A stretch of DNA of 39,188 nt, taken from assembly GCA_024275755.1 (NCBI GenBank), contig JAJRYN010000100.1:1-39188 (forward strand), read 5' to 3'. Shown one piece after another: positions 34,081-39,188 of the stretch; within the stretch, counting starts at the first letter, position 1; each line of letters opens with the position of its first letter. The notes under the pieces are model-generated. The model saw only the letters and a program-made list of their open reading frames with translations, did no database searches and was not told the origin of the DNA. Position numbers and translations under genes: made by a program. Origin of the DNA: an archaeon. Its GTDB lineage: Archaea > Thermoplasmatota > E2 > UBA202 > JdFR-43.

Positions 34081-35523
34081 CTAACTCGGATACCCACCTA
34101 TTTTTAAACTTGGGTCACCAAGCAAAATCCATTCTTGGGCTGTTTTTGCATCAAGACATGTATAGCTTCCTGCTGGGCTATTCCAGTTAATTGGGTATGT
34201 TCTGAGATAGCCAGCTATTACTTTACCCCATATCTCTCCAAGTATGTCGGTTCCATTCATTCCATATTCCCAGAAGAAGTGGGTATCAAGCCATTCCGAA
34301 GCTTCACCAGTAAAACCTTTATCCTCTTTTGTATATCCCAGTCCAGAATAGCCAAGCGTTGCGATGCTCCCTCCGTCTACCTTCCTAGTCATCCACCAAC
34401 TCCAGCATGCAGGAGCTGTCTCTCCTTTCCAGATATATCCAATCCATTCATCAATTCCTTCGTAAATCTTCAGAAGGTTAAACACGGAAATATTGAACTG
34501 ACTGTTGTGGCACCCGCCAACTACACATACTGGATACATTCCATCATTTTTTAGTTTAGGTATTTGCCATACAGTCAAGCCATCCACCCATTCCGTGCTG
34601 TTTGGGGCATGTGTTGCCCAACTCATTGGGCTGCCATGACCATCGAAGAAAACAAAGCCGCATCCCTCGCTTATAGCGTTTATTACATCTTCTGGCCCAG
34701 TGAATGTGCCAAGAGATGTCCATAATTTTATTGGTTCAAATCCAGGCATCCAATCTATGGCACGCTGTGTTCCTTCCTCGCCCTCATATCCTTTCCAGCT
34801 TGAATTTAGCACCTCTGGATAGGTATCCCCGGCTATACATACAAATCTTTTGAACCATTCTGCTCCATAGGCGGTGGTTTCATATTCTATTGTTTTTGAG
34901 ACCATTATCTCCACTTCAAATGCATTGCGAGCTGCCCATCTGCCTACATAAACATCTGGAAATAAATCAATTGGAGCATCCTCAGCTTTGTTGCCTTTCC
35001 ACTCGCCGTATATTCCATTGCCATTATTGTCCCATGGGGAGAAGTTGCCGTTGGCATCATAAATGTCTGCAAAATATAAATCGCTTAAGTAGCGAGTTTC
35101 CCAATTGCTTTTGTCATCTAGATGAACATATCTTACAGGCATCCACCATTTTTCTTTCAGGCCAGGTTTTCTTCCGCCGACAAGCAGAACATATTTAATA
35201 TGCCAGTTATCATAAGCATCTTTTATGAAATACTTTACCTTCTCTGCATCATCTCTCCCTTGGCACGGGAAATATTTGCTTCCGTAGATTTCATCTAATG
35301 TAACTATAATTGTTTTTATTCCATATTGCTCTTTATGCCACTGGAATGGTATGAGGGGGTCGTAAAATTGCTGTGGGCATATTATGAGCAAATCATAACT
35401 TTCCTCATATGTTACATTGCTATCATTGTTTCTTCCAAAATCATTTATTTCCTGAACATCCATGCCTGCTATGATACCACTAAACAAAAATGCTATTGCA
35501 ATAAATACTGCCAAGCTTTTCAT
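34081..35523 (-). CDS. secreted peptidase C25 (gingipain)-like cysteine protease
   Basis: Signal peptide MKSLAVFIAIAFLFSGIIAG, YVLLVGG, candidate catalytic His in FFDGHGSP, and candidate catalytic Cys in VCVVGGCHNSQF. Confidence 0.6.
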   Translation of the reverse strand: MKSLAVFIAIAFLFSGIIAGMDVQEINDFGRNNDSNVTYEESYDLLIICPQQFYDPLIPFQWHKEQYGIKTIIVTLDEIYGSKYFPCQGRDDAEKVKYFIKDAYDNWHIKYVLLVGGRKPGLKEKWWMPVRYVHLDDKSNWETRYLSDLYFADIYDANGNFSPWDNNGNGIYGEWKGNKAEDAPIDLFPDVYVGRWAARNAFEVEIMVSKTIEYETTAYGAEWFKRFVCIAGDTYPEVLNSSWKGYEGEEGTQRAIDWMPGFEPIKLWTSLGTFTGPEDVINAISEGCGFVFFDGHGSPMSWATHAPNSTEWVDGLTVWQIPKLKNDGMYPVCVVGGCHNSQFNISVFNLLKIYEGIDEWIGYIWKGETAPACWSWWMTRKVDGGSIATLGYSGLGYTKEDKGFTGEASEWLDTHFFWEYGMNGTDILGEIWGKVIAGYLRTYPINWNSPAGSYTCLDAKTAQEWILLGDPSLKIGGYPS

Positions 35524-35552
35524 GTCAGTATAATGGCAAGGAGATTTAAATT

Positions 35553-36230
35553 TTATGTGCCAAATAATTTCTTGAAAAATTCAAGCAAAATTTCTATAAA
35601 TGTTTTTTTCTCTTTGGGCTTTTCTTCCTCAGTTGGCTGCGGAGGCTCTTCTTCAACCTCTTTTTTAATACTTACTTTCATTGTTTTTGCCACAGGCGCA
35701 GCTCCAACAACGATTAAATTTCCTACATTGTCGACAGCAATTCCACGCATCCAGTCATTTATATCTCTTCCATTACTGATCAGATTTCCCAAAAACATAT
35801 CAACTAACTTTTTTCCCTGACTGTCATAAATCCCAGCATAGTATTTGGTTTCCATTATTTTTCCAGTAACAGCAATTTTATTTTCAAATAAAGCTGCATC
35901 ATATAGTCCTCCACCCATATCTTTGCTTTCCCATAAAATTTCAAATTGTGTGCTGATTTTTGAGATGTAATGTTTGTATCCCCCATTTTCTTCCTGTCCA
36001 ACAACAATTAGATTTTTTTCATTATCCATTATAATCTTTCCAGGAAGAACCATCCTATTTATTAATTTGTCTCTAATTTTCCATTTTTCTCTAAACTTTG
36101 TTAAGAGCAAATCATATCTCCTCAGTCCAGCTGTCATTCCCACAGCATAAATAAAATTTTGATCTATAATCAAACTGGTATATCTTGTAAAAATTTTCCC
36201 AAATTTTCTTACTTTTCTCCACCATAACAC
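35553..36230 (-). CDS. beta-propeller-like repeat protein, C-terminal part (frame stays open upstream to ~36323)
   Basis: Repeats of the form D..GN(I/L)(I/V)V.G...(K/Y)...G..LW. The in-frame upstream extension reads ...RGFIAKFSSDGKVLWW, a repeat that completes ORF 36266..36760. The C-terminus is charged (EEEPPQPTEEEKPKEKK) followed by an amphipathic tail. Confidence 0.6.
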   Translation of the reverse strand: MLWWRKVRKFGKIFTRYTSLIIDQNFIYAVGMTAGLRRYDLLLTKFREKWKIRDKLINRMVLPGKIIMDNEKNLIVVGQEENGGYKHYISKISTQFEILWESKDMGGGLYDAALFENKIAVTGKIMETKYYAGIYDSQGKKLVDMFLGNLISNGRDINDWMRGIAVDNVGNLIVVGAAPVAKTMKVSIKKEVEEEPPQPTEEEKPKEKKTFIEILLEFFKKLFGT

Positions 36231-36265
36231 TTTTCCATCTGAAGAAAATTTTGCAATAAATCCTC

Positions 36266-36760
36266 TTAGCCTAGGTGGTTTGTACTCCCTCCGTATCCAA
36301 CTATAAAAATATTTCCGCTCGAATCAATACCTATGCCTGTGGATTGATTGTAATCAAAAAGTGAAAATGTTTTATCCCAGATTTTTTCTCCTGATGCATC
36401 GTATTTTTTAACATAAACAATACATTTTTCCCCATTTTCATCATAAAATGAGCCAACAACGGCTATATTATCTTCTCTATCAACCGCAATATCTAAAAAC
36501 CCTCCAAACTTCTCTTCAAGGTTTTTTGTTGGTAATCCTGTAAAATTTAAAATCCTTCCTCTATAAATTTCCGGCAAAGTATGATCGGCCCATAATAAGT
36601 TTCCATCTTTATCATATTTTAAAACCATTCCTTTATAGTCCTTATCGATGCCACACACTATTATATTGTCATTAGAATCTATTGCAACTCTACAATTTGC
36701 ATATCCCCTCTCATAATCTCTTTCCCATAAAATATCATAATAAAGATTTCCATTCATCAA
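36266..36760 (-). CDS. beta-propeller-like repeat protein, N-terminal part
   Basis: Three repeats: AIDSNDNIIVCG...VLKYDKDGNLLW; AVDREDNIAVVG...VKKYDASGEKIW; GIDSSGNIFIVGYGG.... The ORF stops in the middle of a repeat. Confidence 0.6.
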   Translation of the reverse strand: MMNGNLYYDILWERDYERGYANCRVAIDSNDNIIVCGIDKDYKGMVLKYDKDGNLLWADHTLPEIYRGRILNFTGLPTKNLEEKFGGFLDIAVDREDNIAVVGSFYDENGEKCIVYVKKYDASGEKIWDKTFSLFDYNQSTGIGIDSSGNIFIVGYGGSTNHLG

Positions 36761-36796
36761 TTTTATAGATTGGCATTATAAAAAGCTTACATAAAG

Positions 36797-37819
36797 TCAT
36801 GGTATTATCTCTGTTGTATTATTATATGGAGGATACCTTATCTTCCCTTTCAATTTCATGCATTTTTCTTTATTCTTTCTCAGTTCCTCTATAAGAAATT
36901 TTGTTACATTGCAAATTTCATTAAACCCTTCTTCCCCCCATAGCCTCTCTTTGTATGCAAACAGGCATCTTCCTCCACATATGTTATAGACGTTGCAGCT
37001 TTTACATGGCCCACCAATTTCAATTTTTTTATATTTCTTGAAGTCACCTAGAATATTCCAATCAAAATCTGGAGCAATGGGGCATGCCATTATTCTTCCA
37101 TCGGTTGCAATTGCGATGGCTTCTCTGCCTGCTTGGCATGGCAAATCTCTGCCACCGTGTAAAATGCGGGACATTATACCCAAGAAAGGAACAATGCCCA
37201 GAATTCTGCCATCTTCAATATTTTTTATCCATAGTTCCACCAGTTTTTTTATTCCTGGCTTATAACTTTTCTCTGCCCATTCTTTAAATTGTTCCAGATG
37301 CCATAAATTGCTCCACACCACATCAAGCTGCCAATGCACGTAAGGAAAATGCTGCAAAAGATGCATTACATCCTCGTATATGTCCGTTTTATATGATACT
37401 GCCATCCTTGCAATTATCTCCCCTTTGTAGCCATTTTTCTTAAGAAATTGCAAAGCATTCATGACCTTATCATAGCAGCCGGGGCAGCGATAGAAATCGG
37501 TAATTTCTTTTCTTCCATCTATGGAAAGAAGTATGCTGTCCAGTTTATGAATATAATCGCCTAACTTTTCAATGAAAAAGCCATTTGTCTGTAAAACAAA
37601 TTTTTTTGCTGGCAATGTATCAATCATTTTTTTAATCAAATCTGCTTTTAATGTCGGTTCTCCTCCATAAAATGCTACTCTCGCATCTTTATCTTTTCCA
37701 ATAAAATCTGCAAGTTCATCTAAATCGTAAACAATTTCATCTGGCATCTCTTGTAAGCTGCCTCCGCAATATCTGCATTTCAAATTGCATACTGGAGTAA
37801 CAATTATAATATAAAGCAC
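36797..37819 (-). CDS. radical SAM enzyme with C-terminal SPASM domain (peptide/protein-maturase-like)
   Basis: CNLKCRYCG (CX3CX2C) near the N-terminus, with GGEPTL. The SPASM cysteine pattern is C-QAGREAIAIATDG-RIMAC ... CKSCNVYNICGGRC ... C. GTG start. Confidence 0.85.
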   Translation of the reverse strand: MLYIIIVTPVCNLKCRYCGGSLQEMPDEIVYDLDELADFIGKDKDARVAFYGGEPTLKADLIKKMIDTLPAKKFVLQTNGFFIEKLGDYIHKLDSILLSIDGRKEITDFYRCPGCYDKVMNALQFLKKNGYKGEIIARMAVSYKTDIYEDVMHLLQHFPYVHWQLDVVWSNLWHLEQFKEWAEKSYKPGIKKLVELWIKNIEDGRILGIVPFLGIMSRILHGGRDLPCQAGREAIAIATDGRIMACPIAPDFDWNILGDFKKYKKIEIGGPCKSCNVYNICGGRCLFAYKERLWGEEGFNEICNVTKFLIEELRKNKEKCMKLKGKIRYPPYNNTTEIIP

Positions 37820-37909
37820 AAGAATATATCTAACAAATAAAAAAATTTTACATTTTGAATAGATTAAGCTTACAAGACAATTTGTTTATTTCTGTTTTTA
37901 AAGTAATTA

Positions 37910-37956
37910 ATGAAAAAAGCTTTCATGAGAAAAACATCAATGAGAAAATCTTTCAT
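37910..37956. repeat. three tandem 15-nt units ATGA(A/G)AAAA-N-C-W-T-Y-M in the argS/radical-SAM intergenic region
   Basis: The units read atgaaaaaagctttc / atgagaaaaacatca / atgagaaaatctttc (+at). Units 1 and 3 also contain ATGAAA/TTTCAT-type inverted arms. Confidence 0.6.
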
Positions 37957-37963
37957 TTCTCTT

Positions 37964-39188
37964 TTACATTTCTTCCAGTGCTTCTATGCCCAAAATGTTG
38001 AGGCAATTTTTAAGAACTAGGCGTGTGGCATTAACTAAAGCAAGTCTTTCTTTCTCTTTTTCGCTTCCAATAACTCTGCAATCTCTGTAGAATGCGTTAA
38101 AAGATGAGGCTATATCATAAGCATATTCAGCCAGCATCGAAGGATTTCTACTGTCCACACACTCTTTTAATACTTCAGGGAATAAAGCAAGCATTTTTAT
38201 TAATTTTATTTCGCTTTCATGTTCATAAATTGGCTTTGCTTCTCCTTCATATCCTGCCTTCCTCAAAATTGAGCAGCATCTTGCGTGGGCATACTGAATA
38301 AATGGGGCAGATTGTCCTTCAAAATTCAATGCTTCTTCCCATTTAAAAACTATTGGCTTTTCTGCCCTCACTTTTATTATGTTGTATCTTATTGCTCCTG
38401 CTGCAACATTCTTTGCTATATACTCCAGTTTTTCATCCTCGCCCCTTCTTTTTATCACTTCTTTCCTCGCCCTTTCTATTGCCTCCTCTATTAAATCATC
38501 CAAATAAACAACCCTGCCTCTCCTTGTTGACATTTTTCCTTCCGGCAAAGAAACAAATGAATAGAATATTACTTCTGGCACTTTTTTATTCAACAGTTTT
38601 AAAGCAATTTCAACAAGTTTTGCCTCCAGCTTATGGTCTTCGCCCAGAACATTTATCATCATGTCCGCTCTTTCTCCTTTCCATATATGATATGCAATAT
38701 CTCTTGTTGCATATAGGGATGTGCCATCGCTCCTTGTCAAATAAAATTTTTTATCTCTTCCATGTATTCCAAACGACTCCAGATCAATATATAAGGCATT
38801 TCCTTCCCTGCTTACATAAGGTAGTTTTTCTAACTCTTTTACAACTTTTTCAACACTTCCATCAAGAACAAATCTCGACTCTTCAACAAACTCATCTATC
38901 TTTATATTCAAATTTCTAAGGCTTTCGACAATCCCTTCCAGAACCCTTTCATATATTTCCTTTAATTCCTGTAATGTTTTTTCATCTCCCTTTTCACACT
39001 TCTTTATTATTTCCTCTATCTCCTTCTTTACATTTTCATTTTCTTCCATTAATTGCGAAGCTTTTTGGTAAAACACAACATATCTATGATCTGCTTTTTC
39101 ATGCTCGGCTTTTATATTCAAATTTTTTACTCCCCAGAATAGAGTTGCCACCTGCTTGCCCATGTCATCAACGTAATATTGCGTAACA
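37964..39188 (-). CDS. argS: arginyl-tRNA synthetase (5' end lies beyond the window)
   Basis: The ORF is open to the window edge. It has a KMSTRRG (KMSK-like) motif, an anticodon-binding DALR-type C-terminal region, and ends ...ALEEM. Confidence 0.9.
   Translation of the reverse strand, partial: VTQYYVDDMGKQVATLFWGVKNLNIKAEHEKADHRYVVFYQKASQLMEENENVKKEIEEIIKKCEKGDEKTLQELKEIYERVLEGIVESLRNLNIKIDEFVEESRFVLDGSVEKVVKELEKLPYVSREGNALYIDLESFGIHGRDKKFYLTRSDGTSLYATRDIAYHIWKGERADMMINVLGEDHKLEAKLVEIALKLLNKKVPEVIFYSFVSLPEGKMSTRRGRVVYLDDLIEEAIERARKEVIKRRGEDEKLEYIAKNVAAGAIRYNIIKVRAEKPIVFKWEEALNFEGQSAPFIQYAHARCCSILRKAGYEGEAKPIYEHESEIKLIKMLALFPEVLKECVDSRNPSMLAEYAYDIASSFNAFYRDCRVIGSEKEKERLALVNATRLVLKNCLNILGIEALEEM

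Noticed and set aside
37870-37956. 28-aa minus-strand sORF (MKDFLIDVFLMKAFFINYFKNRNKQIVL) as a precursor peptide for the radical SAM/SPASM enzyme
   Set aside because: It has no Cys or other typical crosslink residues. Its composition is what AT-rich spacer DNA yields in any frame, and a mirror ORF exists on the other strand because of the 15-nt repeats. I kept it only as a caveat in the rSAM finding.

Overview
AT-rich, gene-dense archaeal chromosomal segment with about 45 protein genes and 5 tRNAs. I saw no rRNA, CRISPR array, transposase or integrase. The gene content is Spt5-uL11, GatD, archaeal-type TyrRS/ArgRS/TIM, RNase J, NAC, a PGF-CTERM protein, HAE3-type RND exporters, indolepyruvate:ferredoxin oxidoreductase, and SAM decarboxylase plus a BpsA-like polyamine synthase. 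This suggests a euryarchaeote-type, probably thermophilic, anaerobic peptide fermenter; that taxonomic reading is inference only. Many genes are translationally coupled through ATGA overlaps or 0-2 nt gaps, and several look leaderless. Two clusters stand out. (1) A five-gene coupled operon, CopG-Sat-DHH phosphoesterase-AlkP/NPP-like enzyme-CysC (22519-26691), makes PAPS but has no reductive branch in the window. (2) A minus-strand run (34081-37956) holds a radical SAM/SPASM maturase-like enzyme, a frameshifted beta-propeller repeat protein and a secreted C25 (gingipain-like) peptidase, preceded by a 3 x 15-nt tandem repeat. Other notable points follow. Four of the five tRNAs carry long introns at position 37/38 with hand-foldable BHB motifs, and one predicts an unusual U37. 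gatD lies divergently next to a tRNA-Gln/tRNA-Glu tandem. A 65-aa beta-grasp protein ending in GG (SAMP/ThiS-like) sits between two tRNA genes. Three envelope or secreted-protein genes are disrupted: a G7 homopolymer frameshift, an in-frame TAA, and a net 5-nt frameshift. A surface-protein gene contains 297-bp tandem repeats with mosaic blocks of perfect identity. All calls come from reading the translations and sequence by eye; no database search was run.
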